A DNA stretch of 64,000 nucleotides from Bacteroidales bacterium. GTDB lineage: Bacteria > Bacteroidota > Bacteroidia > Bacteroidales > VadinHA17. The stretch covers positions 64,852 to 128,851 of the forward strand of contig JAVEVC010000001.1 of the NCBI GenBank assembly GCA_034005245.1, given 5' to 3'. The notes below the pieces were generated by a model that saw only the letters and a program-made list of their open reading frames with translations, was not told where the DNA came from and made no database searches. Position numbers and translations under genes: made by a program. Shown here in pieces: positions 29,089 to 38,813 of the stretch (its first letter is position 1; the number at the start of each line of letters is the position of its first letter).

Positions 29089-30423
29089 ATGGGTAAGGAA
29101 AACATAGAAAAATACTCAGCATTTTATTCTTTGCTGAAAAAAACAACTGGCTTCTGGCATGACAAGATCTTCTACCGCAAAATAATTGTCGTTGGCAGGG
29201 AGAATGTTAAGCCTGACTGCCACCTCATCCTGGCTCCCAATCATCAGAATGCATTGCTCGATGCTCTTGCAGTACTCTTTACCATGAAAGGACAGCCGGT
29301 TTTTCTTGCCAGAGCTGACATATTCAAAAAGAAACTCATCGCTTCAGTACTGTATTCCCTTAAGATACTGCCCGTTTACAGAATAAGGGATGGTTACAGC
29401 AGTCTGAAAGCCAATGATGATATTTTCAGGAAAACCATTGATGTCATCAGGAATAAGAATGGACTTATTATCCTTCCTGAAGGTGACCATGCAGGTTTCA
29501 GAAGGCTCCGCCAACTTAAGAAAGGTATATGCAGGGTTGCTTTCCAGGCTGACGAGGCTATGGATTTTAAGCTGAATATCAAGATCATACCCGTCGGATT
29601 GGAGTACACTAACTACAGCCGGTTCAGACAGGTTTTAACCGTGGTATATGGAAAAATGATAGAAGTCTCGGATTATCACGACCTTTACCGGACAAACCAC
29701 GACAAAGCCCTTAACGAACTCAGGAACCGCCTCTCGTCCGAGATGAAAAATCTTATGGTGCACATTGAGTCGGTAAAGGACTATGAGGCAATAGATGAGC
29801 TCAGGAATATTGTAAATGGCCGTTACAGCGACGACATTGAAAATCCGAAATTGTTCAGGGACAGAAAACTAATAGCCAGGCTTAACAGCATAAGGGAATC
29901 CAACTCCAGTCTGTATGATAAGATCTGTTCCCTGAGCCTTGATGTAAAGAAAAAAAGCACCAGGCTGAAGACCTCCTACAGGCTCCTTGAGAAGAAAAAG
30001 CATCCACTTGGATTTTTGTTAGCGGGCATCATATCGCTGATTATCAGTTTTCCTCTTTATATTTTTGGGAATATCTTCACTCTGACCTTCCTTAAAATCC
30101 CTGAACTGCAGATCAGAAAAATCAAAGATCATCAGTTTCACGGATCCCTGAAATTCGGATACTCATTCGGACTTGCACTAATATTGCTTCCGGTATACCT
30201 TATTATTGCACTGCTTATCATCAGGCCATGGTGGCTGGCTCTTCTGATTTCGCTAATGATACCCCTGGCAGGCATCTTCGCATGGAACTATATAATACTG
30301 CTTAAAAGAATCATTGGAGGATTCAGGATAAGGAAATATATTAAAAATAAAAACCGGGATTTCATCAGCCTCAGAAAGAGTTATGATGAACTGACCGGCC
30401 TTGTTGCTCATTTGGAACAATGA
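29089..30423 (+). CDS. lysophospholipid/glycerol-phosphate acyltransferase family protein with C-terminal membrane domain
   Basis: 444 aa. Acyltransferase block PNHQNALLDAL and ILPEG motif, plus C-terminal hydrophobic helices. Confidence 0.65.
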   Translation: MGKENIEKYSAFYSLLKKTTGFWHDKIFYRKIIVVGRENVKPDCHLILAPNHQNALLDALAVLFTMKGQPVFLARADIFKKKLIASVLYSLKILPVYRIRDGYSSLKANDDIFRKTIDVIRNKNGLIILPEGDHAGFRRLRQLKKGICRVAFQADEAMDFKLNIKIIPVGLEYTNYSRFRQVLTVVYGKMIEVSDYHDLYRTNHDKALNELRNRLSSEMKNLMVHIESVKDYEAIDELRNIVNGRYSDDIENPKLFRDRKLIARLNSIRESNSSLYDKICSLSLDVKKKSTRLKTSYRLLEKKKHPLGFLLAGIISLIISFPLYIFGNIFTLTFLKIPELQIRKIKDHQFHGSLKFGYSFGLALILLPVYLIIALLIIRPWWLALLISLMIPLAGIFAWNYIILLKRIIGGFRIRKYIKNKNRDFISLRKSYDELTGLVAHLEQ

Positions 30424-31226
30424 CCTGGGGAAGAACATTCAGAGGTAAAACAGCGTGGATTACAGGAGCGTCTTCAGGAATAGGAGAAGCGCTCGTGAAA
30501 GAGCTGGTGAAGAGAGGTGCAGTTGTAATTGCATCTTCCAATGACCCTGAAGGCCTCTCAAAAATGAAAGAATCATGCGGGGAATCGTCCGGAATGATAA
30601 CCTGCGAACCCTTTGATCTTTCTGACACCGCTGACATTGAAAAAACTGCCGGCAGAATCCTCGAAATATCCGGAACTCCAGATTACCTTATAAACATAGG
30701 AGGTATAAGCCAGAGAGCTACAATTGAAGAAACTCCCTTATGGCTTGACAGGAAAATATTCGAAATCAATTATTTCGGAACTATAACTCTCACCAAAGCT
30801 GTTTTGCCATATATGATAAGGAGAAAATCCGGGCACATCCTTGCAACAAGCAGCATTTCAGGACGCTTTGGCTTTCCTTTACGTGCTTCATACTCAGCAT
30901 CAAAACAAGCCCTCCATGGTTTCTTTGAAACTCTCTATCTTGAGAATAAAAAACATAACATACGTACCTCGGTAATTATTCCGGGCAGAGTCAGAACAAA
31001 TATATCCCTTCATGCTCTTGATGGCAGCGGCAGAGAACATGGAAAACTTGACGATGGCCAGGCAGGAGGGATCTCCCCGGAAAAGGCCGCCAGAATAATT
31101 GCCAGGGGAATAATGAAAAACAAAAGGGAGATTCTTGTGGGAGGCACCGAATTGACATTATTGTATATCAGAAGAATATGCCCATGGCTATTCTTCAGGA
31201 TCGCAGATAGAATAAAATCAACATAA
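30420..31226 (+). CDS. short-chain dehydrogenase/reductase (SDR)
   Basis: 268 aa. Contains TGASSGIG cofactor motif and YSASK catalytic motif. ATGA start/stop overlap with the preceding gene. Confidence 0.8.
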   Translation: MTWGRTFRGKTAWITGASSGIGEALVKELVKRGAVVIASSNDPEGLSKMKESCGESSGMITCEPFDLSDTADIEKTAGRILEISGTPDYLINIGGISQRATIEETPLWLDRKIFEINYFGTITLTKAVLPYMIRRKSGHILATSSISGRFGFPLRASYSASKQALHGFFETLYLENKKHNIRTSVIIPGRVRTNISLHALDGSGREHGKLDDGQAGGISPEKAARIIARGIMKNKREILVGGTELTLLYIRRICPWLFFRIADRIKST

Positions 31227-31237
31227 AAATTAATTTC

Positions 31238-32317
31238 ATGAAAGGATATGAAATAGGAGGTATCCAGCAAATAGGGATAGGTGTCAGCAACCTTAAGGAA
31301 GCATGGAATTGGTATATCGATATGTTCGGAATGGATTGCCGGATATTTGAGGATGAAGCAGAAGCTAAATTGATGCTTCCATATACCGGAGGCAAGCCCA
31401 GAAGCAGGCATGCGGTGCTTGCACTAAACCTTCAGAGCGGAGGAGGATTTGAGATATGGCAATATAAAGGCAGGGAACCCGAAGATATCAGGGAACAGAT
31501 AAGACTTGGAGACCTGGGTATCCTTGCCTGCAAAATAAAAGTTAAAAACATAGCTGACGCCTTCTCATTCTATAAAGGGAAATCAGGAGTCATACTGGGA
31601 GAACCAGCCACTGATCCTGCAGGAAATAGAACCTTCTTCCTGAAAGATCCATATGATAATATCTTCCAGATCGTTGAGGGCAACAACTGGTTCCTGGATG
31701 AGAAAAAAGTGTCAGGAGGCGCATACGGTGCTGTAATTGGTGTTTCAGATATCGACAGGGCAAGAAAAGTTTATTCGGATATTCTTGGATATGACAAGGT
31801 TGTTTACGATCAAACATATGCCTTCCCCGATCTGTCAGCAATTCCGGGAGGCGGGAATAAACTTCGCCGTGTGCTTCTCAGATGCTCAAAACCCTTTTCA
31901 GGCCATTTTATAAAGGTATTCGGGCAGAGCGAAATTGAACTGATTTGCTCTTTGGATGAGCCAGGCAAGAAAATCTACCATGAGCGTTTCTGGGGTGATC
32001 CCGGTTTCATTCATCTGTGCTTTGATATTATGGGCATGGAAGAACTGAGGGAATTCGCCGGGAGCGTAGGGCATCCTTTCACAGTCGACAGCAAGACAAG
32101 CCATATGGGCGACAGCTTTGACATGGGAGAAGCGGCGGGTCACTTTGCATACATTGAAGATCCTGACGGGACTCTGATTGAGTTCGTTGAAACTCATAAA
32201 ATGGCTATCCTGAAAAAGCTTAACTGGTACCTTGATCTGAAGAAAAGGCCTGCTTATAAACCACTGCCAACCTGGATGCTTAAGATGCTTAAATATTCCC
32301 GTGTCAGGAATCCTTGA
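31238..32317 (+). CDS. VOC (glyoxalase/dioxygenase) superfamily protein, duplicated module
   Basis: 359 aa. Repeated beta-alpha-beta-beta-beta-like units (IGVSNLKEAWNWY..., IGVSDIDRARKVY...). Confidence 0.55.
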   Translation: MKGYEIGGIQQIGIGVSNLKEAWNWYIDMFGMDCRIFEDEAEAKLMLPYTGGKPRSRHAVLALNLQSGGGFEIWQYKGREPEDIREQIRLGDLGILACKIKVKNIADAFSFYKGKSGVILGEPATDPAGNRTFFLKDPYDNIFQIVEGNNWFLDEKKVSGGAYGAVIGVSDIDRARKVYSDILGYDKVVYDQTYAFPDLSAIPGGGNKLRRVLLRCSKPFSGHFIKVFGQSEIELICSLDEPGKKIYHERFWGDPGFIHLCFDIMGMEELREFAGSVGHPFTVDSKTSHMGDSFDMGEAAGHFAYIEDPDGTLIEFVETHKMAILKKLNWYLDLKKRPAYKPLPTWMLKMLKYSRVRNP

Positions 32318-33509
32318 TTTTCTGAACTTCATCGAAGACCCTTATCAGATTGCCTCCCCATATTTTTGCTATGTCAGCCCTGGAATAACCCCGGTGCAAT
32401 AACTCAATAGTGATATTCTTCATCTGTGATGCATCAATGCAGCCATCAACTCTGCCTCCGCCGTCAAAATCAGTGCCTATACCAACGTGGTCAATACCTG
32501 ATACCTGAACAACATGATCTATGTGGTCAACAACATCACTTACTGTTGCCAGCCTTGTGTACGTTCCTTTTATCGTCCGGAATTCTGCCCGGAATTTTTT
32601 CCTCAGCTCCGGACTCAAAGTATCCGGATTTCCCCATCTGGATCTCAGTTCACTGATTTTTGACTCAAGCTCGGGATTTGGCACCGGAGTTTTCAAATAT
32701 TCACTTACAATGCATATCTGAATAACACCTCCATTTTCCTTAAGGGCCAGAAGCATGTCGTCGGTGAAATTCCTGGGATGTTCGCATAAGGCCCGGCAGG
32801 AAGAATGGGATGCTATTACCGGAGCCTTTGATTCATGTATTACATCATAGAATGCATTATCAGAAATATGTGATACATCTACCATCATTCCAAGGCGATT
32901 CATTTCCTCAACAACCCGGGACCCAAAAGGGGAAAGGCCGTCATGCTCAGGCCCTGAGGAATCAGTCGATGAATCACAAATATCATTGTTCATGGAATGA
33001 CAAAGGGTCATGTATCTTGCTCCAAGGTCATAATAGTGCTTCAACCTGGCCAGATCTGTTCCTATTGCATATCCATTCTCCAGGCCGATAAAAGCCGCTC
33101 TTTTCCCATCATCCTTCAGCCTGTGCGCTTCAGCGGGAGAATAAGCCATTCCGGCAAGATTGCTGTTTTTCTCAACATTTGCCCTTATAGTTCTGAATAT
33201 CTCATCAGCCTGCCTGTTAACGTATGAGAAGGCCGAATCATTTCTTGGTCCCTGGCCGATGAATACAACAAAGAATTCAGCATCCAGCCCGCCCTCCTTC
33301 ATCCGGGGAAAATCAACGCACCCTTCATCATTGCGAACACCAAGGTCGTAATCATTCCTTACCATATTAAGAGGAGTGTCACAATGTGAATCAATTGTGA
33401 GTATTTTCCTGTGTATCTTATCAGCCCTGGTTGCAATGCGGTCTTCACTGATCCTGCAACCACTAAAAAAAACAACCAGGAATAGCACAAAACCCGCAAT
33501 TTTATTCAT
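32304..33509 (-). CDS. membrane dipeptidase (peptidase M19 family) lipoprotein
   Basis: 401 aa. Lipobox FFSGC, and M19 motifs IDSHCDTP, DVSHIS and GIGTDFDG. Confidence 0.8.
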   Translation of the reverse strand: MNKIAGFVLFLVVFFSGCRISEDRIATRADKIHRKILTIDSHCDTPLNMVRNDYDLGVRNDEGCVDFPRMKEGGLDAEFFVVFIGQGPRNDSAFSYVNRQADEIFRTIRANVEKNSNLAGMAYSPAEAHRLKDDGKRAAFIGLENGYAIGTDLARLKHYYDLGARYMTLCHSMNNDICDSSTDSSGPEHDGLSPFGSRVVEEMNRLGMMVDVSHISDNAFYDVIHESKAPVIASHSSCRALCEHPRNFTDDMLLALKENGGVIQICIVSEYLKTPVPNPELESKISELRSRWGNPDTLSPELRKKFRAEFRTIKGTYTRLATVSDVVDHIDHVVQVSGIDHVGIGTDFDGGGRVDGCIDASQMKNITIELLHRGYSRADIAKIWGGNLIRVFDEVQKIKDS

Positions 33510-33590
33510 AGATCATTAAGTCGTAATTAGCCTCCAAGATAATTAAAATGAATCCCCATTCCTCTGATTATCGCATTTTTAACACAATTT

Positions 33591-33625
33591 AACAAAGAAA
33601 AGCCCCTGACGTTGCAGCCAGGGGC
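33591..33625 (-). terminator. strong intrinsic terminator
   Basis: On the minus strand, GCCCCUG-GCUGCAACGU-CAGGGGC is followed by UUUUCUUUGUU. It lies about 215 nt downstream of the dsbD stop. Confidence 0.7.
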
Positions 33626-33841
33626 AGCCATGAAAAGAATGAAAAAATTGCTTTTGGACAGTAAAAGCTTCTTTATAAAGTCAACTGACTCTAAATATCC
33701 TTATTAGCCTGATAATATTCAAATTCATAGATATTAACACGATCATTCAGGCATTATTGCGATCAATAATTCATACATTACAAAAGTAATATAATTATCA
33801 GCTTTAACCAAGAAATATTCTTTTAAGCTATTATTCTCTTT

Positions 33842-35848
33842 TTATCTGGAATAAAAAAGCTCCTTACCTTCATCGAGCCATCTGGCAAAATCTGTAGGAT
33901 CGAGGTTTGTGGTCATTGGTGTATTCAGAGAATTCCCGTCATGGTCTGTGATAACATACAAAGGCAAAGCGTTTGTTTTGAATTTTGTTATTTCCAGGTC
34001 TTCGTTTATTTTACCGATAGTCTTCTTGATTTTCCCATCGATTGATGAGGTTATCCAGTCTTTTTCCGGAAGTTGGGTCCTGTCATCAACATAGAGAGCA
34101 ACAATTACGAAGTCCTCCCTAAGCCTTTGAAGGACTCCGGGCTCAGACCAGACCTTCGCTTCCATCATTTTACAATTGGCACAGGCGTGTCCTTTGAAAT
34201 CAAGAAGTACTGGTTTCTCCAATTCCCTGGCACAGGCCAGACCCTGCCTGTATTCGTAGTAACCTTTGAGCCCCATTGGCATATTGAAGATATCATCATA
34301 CTTTGGAGAAGAACAAAGCTCACTTGTAAAATCAGAAAACATTGATGACTGCTCAACCGGTTTCTCTTCTGCAATTACCTTTGCAAGGTTGAAACCAGAG
34401 GTCTCAGGCGATGGAAGCATTGCAGACAAGCCCCTCAGCGGGGCTCCAAACAGTCCGGGAATAAGGTAAACCACAAAAGAAAAGACGGCTATTACAAGGA
34501 ATAACCTGAAAGTACCTAAATACGGCAGATCACTGTCGTGAGAAAACCTGATTTTACCCAGCAGATACAATCCAAGCAATGTAAATATAACGATCCATAT
34601 TGACAGGAATATGTCTCTTGAAAGTATTTTGAAAGAATACACACTGTCTATTGTCATCAGAAATTTCATACTGAATGCCAGCATGATAAAACCCAATACC
34701 ACTTTTACTGAGTTGAGCCATCCTCCCGACCTGGGCAGCCTGCTCATCATAGACGGGAAAAGAGCAAATATAGTAAAGGGAAGAGCGAATGCAAGGCCAA
34801 AGCCAAGCATTCCGATCGTTGGTCTCAAAGTATCTCCGGTTGCTGCTTCAACGAGCAAAACTCCTATAATGGGACCTGTGCAGGAAAACGATACTATCAC
34901 GGTAGTCAGTCCCATAAAAAATGAGGCAGCGATACCTCCCCTGTCCACTCTTGAATCGGCGCCGGTGACCCACTTGTCAGGCAAGACTATTTCAAATGCT
35001 CCGAAGAACGAAATGGCAAAAACGAGAAACAATGCAAAGAACAGCAGGTTTGGTATCCAGTGGGTACTTAAGGTGTTTGCAAATCCCGCCCCTGCACTAG
35101 TGAGTGAAACAATTAGGCCTAAAGCAGTGTAAATCAAGACTATTGATACACCAAATATTACTGCCTTCAATACTGACTTGCTTCTGTTATCCGATCCCTG
35201 GGAAAAGAAGGCTACTGTCATTGGGATCATTGGAAATACGCATGGGGTAAGTATCCCGGCAAAGCCGGCAAGCATTGAAATAATGAAAAACCTGAGCAAT
35301 CCGCTCTTAGGTGATTGCAGTTTTGTGTTTTGTGCCAATACTGTTTCTTCAGAGGAGGAAGAAGAAGAAGATGCAGAAACAGGAGCACCGACTTGAATCC
35401 TGAACTCAACATCTTTGGGAGGGGAACAGGTTACATTGTTACACGACATGAAGTTTACAATTCCGCTTACTGAGAATGAAGGAGCCGTTGACTTAACCTT
35501 TTGCCTGAACTCAGCCTTATTGCTGAATGATTTTATTCTAAAGCCAAATGCTTCGTCAAATAACTCTTCAGGAGTGGTAACTTCAAAAGCAGTGCCTTCA
35601 AGTGTATAGTCAGGCAGGGTATCAAACGCGAAAGTTGTGGAAATTGGACCGCCCTCCGGTACATCCATAGAATATATGTGCGAACCTTTTTCAATTATGG
35701 CTGTGAAAATCAGTTCATAACTATTCTCAGCCTTCCTTTCATAATCAAAACTCCAAGTAACAGGATCATATATCTGGGTGTAACCATTGGCAGCCGACAT
35801 CATGAAAAAAGCGACTATGGCCAGTTTTCGTATCATGGAAGGATTCAT
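33842..35848 (-). CDS. dsbD: thiol:disulfide interchange protein DsbD-like (N-domain + CcdA-type membrane core + thioredoxin domain)
   Basis: 668 aa. Signal peptide, poly-Ser linker, TPCVFPMIP and FSCTGP membrane Cys motifs, and a C-terminal thioredoxin CANC motif. Confidence 0.8.
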   Translation of the reverse strand: MNPSMIRKLAIVAFFMMSAANGYTQIYDPVTWSFDYERKAENSYELIFTAIIEKGSHIYSMDVPEGGPISTTFAFDTLPDYTLEGTAFEVTTPEELFDEAFGFRIKSFSNKAEFRQKVKSTAPSFSVSGIVNFMSCNNVTCSPPKDVEFRIQVGAPVSASSSSSSSEETVLAQNTKLQSPKSGLLRFFIISMLAGFAGILTPCVFPMIPMTVAFFSQGSDNRSKSVLKAVIFGVSIVLIYTALGLIVSLTSAGAGFANTLSTHWIPNLLFFALFLVFAISFFGAFEIVLPDKWVTGADSRVDRGGIAASFFMGLTTVIVSFSCTGPIIGVLLVEAATGDTLRPTIGMLGFGLAFALPFTIFALFPSMMSRLPRSGGWLNSVKVVLGFIMLAFSMKFLMTIDSVYSFKILSRDIFLSIWIVIFTLLGLYLLGKIRFSHDSDLPYLGTFRLFLVIAVFSFVVYLIPGLFGAPLRGLSAMLPSPETSGFNLAKVIAEEKPVEQSSMFSDFTSELCSSPKYDDIFNMPMGLKGYYEYRQGLACARELEKPVLLDFKGHACANCKMMEAKVWSEPGVLQRLREDFVIVALYVDDRTQLPEKDWITSSIDGKIKKTIGKINEDLEITKFKTNALPLYVITDHDGNSLNTPMTTNLDPTDFARWLDEGKELFYSR

Positions 35849-35931
35849 TTTATGTCAGTTTAGGAATCATAAACAAAATACTGCTGCTGATAACGGGAAA
35901 ATGGATAAAATTGTTCAACTATCCCATGGAT

Positions 35932-37491
35932 TTATGCCAGGTCGATCTCATTCCCCTCCGTATCGAAGAAATGGTATTCGAGCATGTGGTATGAAGTAAC
36001 CGGCTGGACTTTTAACCATATCCGGTATTTCAGGCTCCAGTTCAATGAAATTGGTATCGGCCCCGATCTCAGGAATGACGCTACAAAAGGATGGACATTG
36101 AGGTATATCTTCTTGGTCTTGATCTTATCCACAATAAAAGAAAGAGCTTTTTCAAGATCATCAGTAAACAGGATGGTCGGACGCGTCTGACCGGTTCCCT
36201 GGCAGGATGGACATTTTTCATTGGTCTCAATATGCATCTCAGGTCTCACTCTTTGCCTGGTGATCTGCATAATCCCGAATTTTGACAAAGGCAGTATATT
36301 ATGCTTGGTCCTGTCATTTGCCATTATCTCCTTCATTTTGTCGAATAGTACCTGCTTGTTTTCAGAAGACTGCATATCGATGAAATCGACCACAATAATA
36401 CCTCCCATATCTCTAAGCCTCAATTGCCTGGCTATCTCCCTGGCAGCTTCGATGTTTACCTCAAGGGCATTTGTTTCCTGGTCATTTCCAGACCTGGACC
36501 GGTTTCCGCTGTTGACATCAATAACATGCAGAGCTTCAGTGTGCTCTATGATAAGATAAGCGCCATGCTTAAAAGAAACAGTTTTTCCAAATAGTGCCTT
36601 TATCTGTTTATTTATCCCGAAATGGTCAAATATCGGCAAAGTCCCTTTGTAAGCCTTTACAATACTTTCCTTCTCCGGTGCAATTTCCCTGATATATCTT
36701 CTTATATCATTAGCAATTTCAGTATCGTTGACGTTTATGCTGCTAAATGATACATTAAGCATATCACGGAGAATTGTTGAGGTTCTGTTCATCTCGCCTA
36801 TGAAGAGCTTAGGCGCCTTGATTTCCTTCCTGACTGAAGAAAAGGCATCCTCCCATTTTCTGACCAGCTCCCTCAGCTCGGCATCAAGCGCTGCTACCTT
36901 TTTGCCTTCAGCAACAGTTCGGACAATAACCCCGTAGTTTTTTGGTTTTATACTCTGTATCAGGGTTTTAAGCCTGTTTTTCTCTTCCTGGCTATCGATT
37001 TTTGAAGATATTGAAACCTTGTCTGAGAAAGGTATGAGGACAAGATTTCTGCCGGCAAGGGATATTTCAGATGCGAGTCTTGGCCCCTTTGTGGAAATCG
37101 GTTCTTTGGTTATCTGAACAATAACAGTCTGGCCAGGTGTCAGTACATCCGTTATCTTGCCGTCCTTGTCCAGATCCTGTTCCGGCTTGAATTTATGCAT
37201 GGGTATTATTCTGCCTTGTCGCTGCAAAGCAGTTAAATAGAATTTATGAAGTGAGCGGAACTGAGCACCAAGATCCAGATAATGGAGAAATGCATCCCTT
37301 TCGTATCCCACATTCACAAAAGCGGCATTCAGACCGGGCATGATTTTTTTCACTTTGCCCAGGTATATGTCCCCTACAGAAAACCTGACTTCGCGCTTCT
37401 CCTTATTAAACTCAACCAGTTGCTTATCTTCGAGTAGAGCTATAGATACTTCTGTGCTCCCTGCGTCAATTATTAAATCCTTGCTTACCAC
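35932..37491 (-). CDS. rng: ribonuclease E/G family (RNase G)
   Basis: 519 aa with a GTG start. S1 domain (GDIYLGKVKKIMPGLNAAFVNVG), followed by IDVNSG and GGIIVVDFIDM motifs. Confidence 0.85.
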   Translation of the reverse strand: MVSKDLIIDAGSTEVSIALLEDKQLVEFNKEKREVRFSVGDIYLGKVKKIMPGLNAAFVNVGYERDAFLHYLDLGAQFRSLHKFYLTALQRQGRIIPMHKFKPEQDLDKDGKITDVLTPGQTVIVQITKEPISTKGPRLASEISLAGRNLVLIPFSDKVSISSKIDSQEEKNRLKTLIQSIKPKNYGVIVRTVAEGKKVAALDAELRELVRKWEDAFSSVRKEIKAPKLFIGEMNRTSTILRDMLNVSFSSINVNDTEIANDIRRYIREIAPEKESIVKAYKGTLPIFDHFGINKQIKALFGKTVSFKHGAYLIIEHTEALHVIDVNSGNRSRSGNDQETNALEVNIEAAREIARQLRLRDMGGIIVVDFIDMQSSENKQVLFDKMKEIMANDRTKHNILPLSKFGIMQITRQRVRPEMHIETNEKCPSCQGTGQTRPTILFTDDLEKALSFIVDKIKTKKIYLNVHPFVASFLRSGPIPISLNWSLKYRIWLKVQPVTSYHMLEYHFFDTEGNEIDLA

Positions 37492-37620
37492 CTTACCACT
37501 TCAATCTGATTACAACCTGCCCGATAATATCCCATGTTTTAATACAGCAAACCTAAAGATCAACAGACCTTTAGGTTTACTTTATTCAGATTGGGACCAC
37601 TCAATGATCAAAAAGGAAAA

Positions 37621-37710
37621 CTATTTCTTCTTGTGTCTGTTCTTTCTCAAACGCTTTTTACGTTTGTGAGTAGCCATCTTATGTCTTTTTCTTTTCTTTC
37701 CGCTTGGCAT
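37621..37710 (-). CDS. 29-aa highly basic small protein (AURKAIP1/COX24-like, candidate ribosomal protein bS22)
   Basis: Below the ORF-track size cut-off. Minus-strand ATG at 37710 to TAG at 37621 encodes MPSGKKRKRHKMATHKRKKRLRKNRHKKK. It starts 6 nt after the HU gene stop. Confidence 0.6.
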   Translation of the reverse strand: MPSGKKRKRHKMATHKRKKRLRKNRHKKK

Positions 37711-37716
37711 GGACGA

Positions 37717-38004
37717 TTACTTCTTAACGTGCGATTTAACCTTATTAATAAATGACTTGGCTGGTTTGAATGCCGGAATGTTGTGTGAAGGAATGATAAT
37801 GGTTGTATTCTTTGATATATTCCTAGCAGTTTTTTTAGCTCTTTTCTTAACTATAAAGCTTCCGAACCCCCTGAGGTATACATTATTACCGGAAACCATC
37901 GAATGTTTAACGGTGTCCATAAAGGCTTCAACAGTTTTCTGAACTGTTACCTTCTCAATACCAGTGTTCTTGGCAATTTCATTAACGATGTCTGCTTTAG
38001 TCAT
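37717..38004 (-). CDS. hup: HU-family DNA-binding protein
   Basis: 95 aa. Contains MTKADIVNEIA... and the arm motif RGFGSFxVKxRAxKxxRN. Confidence 0.85.
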   Translation of the reverse strand: MTKADIVNEIAKNTGIEKVTVQKTVEAFMDTVKHSMVSGNNVYLRGFGSFIVKKRAKKTARNISKNTTIIIPSHNIPAFKPAKSFINKVKSHVKK

Positions 38005-38336
38005 TTCTTGCGATGTTTAAAATTCAACAAATTATTTTGAGTATTCATTTTTTTCAACCCTGCAAATATAAAAATATTATTTATTTAAAAAGAAACACTT
38101 ACAGAATAATTTTTTCTCTTGAGTTTTATTATTGCCTAAATTACAATGAAATAGAAAACATCTTTCATCCCCCGCATTGATATAATAAAATCCCTTCTAT
38201 CAAAGTGCAGGCTGAAATATCTCTTAAGACACTGATTACCTGCATATCTACCTATTTATGCTCCGCCAGGTTGTATGCGGCAGTTTTTTTCTTAACTTTA
38301 CATTCATCAAATATTCGTAAGTTAAATTTTAATCAC

Positions 38337-38789
38337 ATGTCTGTCAATAAGGTAATTTTAGTAGGCAATGTCGGAAAAGATCCGGTCATAAGATATTTTG
38401 ACAAGGGTGTCGCAAAAGCTACATTTCCGCTTGCAACAAGTGAGTCTTATACCAATCAGCAGGGGGAGTCGATCACAACAACAGAATGGCACAACATTGT
38501 GCTTTGGAGGGCTATGGCAGAAGTTGCTGAAAAGACAGTGAAAAAAGGATCGCAGTTATATATTGTGGGGAAAATAAGAACAAGATCATATGTGGATAAG
38601 GAGGGTATCAATAAATATATTACAGAGATCCTGGCTGATACTCTAATGGTCCTTGACAGAAAGCAGCAGAGTCCTCCAAGTTCCGGCGATTCCAAAAACA
38701 CAGTCAAAGATCAGGAATCTGAACCGCCTGAGTTCAATGAACCTCCGGCATCTTACCCTTCAAATACCGAAGATGACCTCCCATTTTAA
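38337..38789 (+). CDS. ssb: single-stranded DNA-binding protein
   Basis: Starts MSVNKVILVGNVGKDP, contains TEWHNIVLW, and ends in the acidic tip DDLPF. The ORF-track start (GTG at 38205) adds a non-homologous hydrophobic extension, so I trimmed to the ATG at 38337. Confidence 0.9.
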   Translation: MSVNKVILVGNVGKDPVIRYFDKGVAKATFPLATSESYTNQQGESITTTEWHNIVLWRAMAEVAEKTVKKGSQLYIVGKIRTRSYVDKEGINKYITEILADTLMVLDRKQQSPPSSGDSKNTVKDQESEPPEFNEPPASYPSNTEDDLPF

Positions 38790-38813
38790 GAGGGTGAATT
38801 AAAAACAAACAGA

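Noticed and set aside
34611-35132. 173-aa plus-strand ORF antisense to dsbD
   Set aside because: It is a shadow ORF within the membrane-domain coding region of dsbD.
38205-38336. In-frame GTG-initiated 44-aa extension of ssb, and a short CCGC..GCGG hairpin plus T7 run at about 38262-38290
   Set aside because: The extension is hydrophobic and unlike any SSB N-terminus, while the canonical MSVNKVILVGNVG start is at 38337. The hairpin has only 4 GC pairs, and no upstream plus-strand gene needs terminating. It might be an attenuator, but the evidence is too weak.
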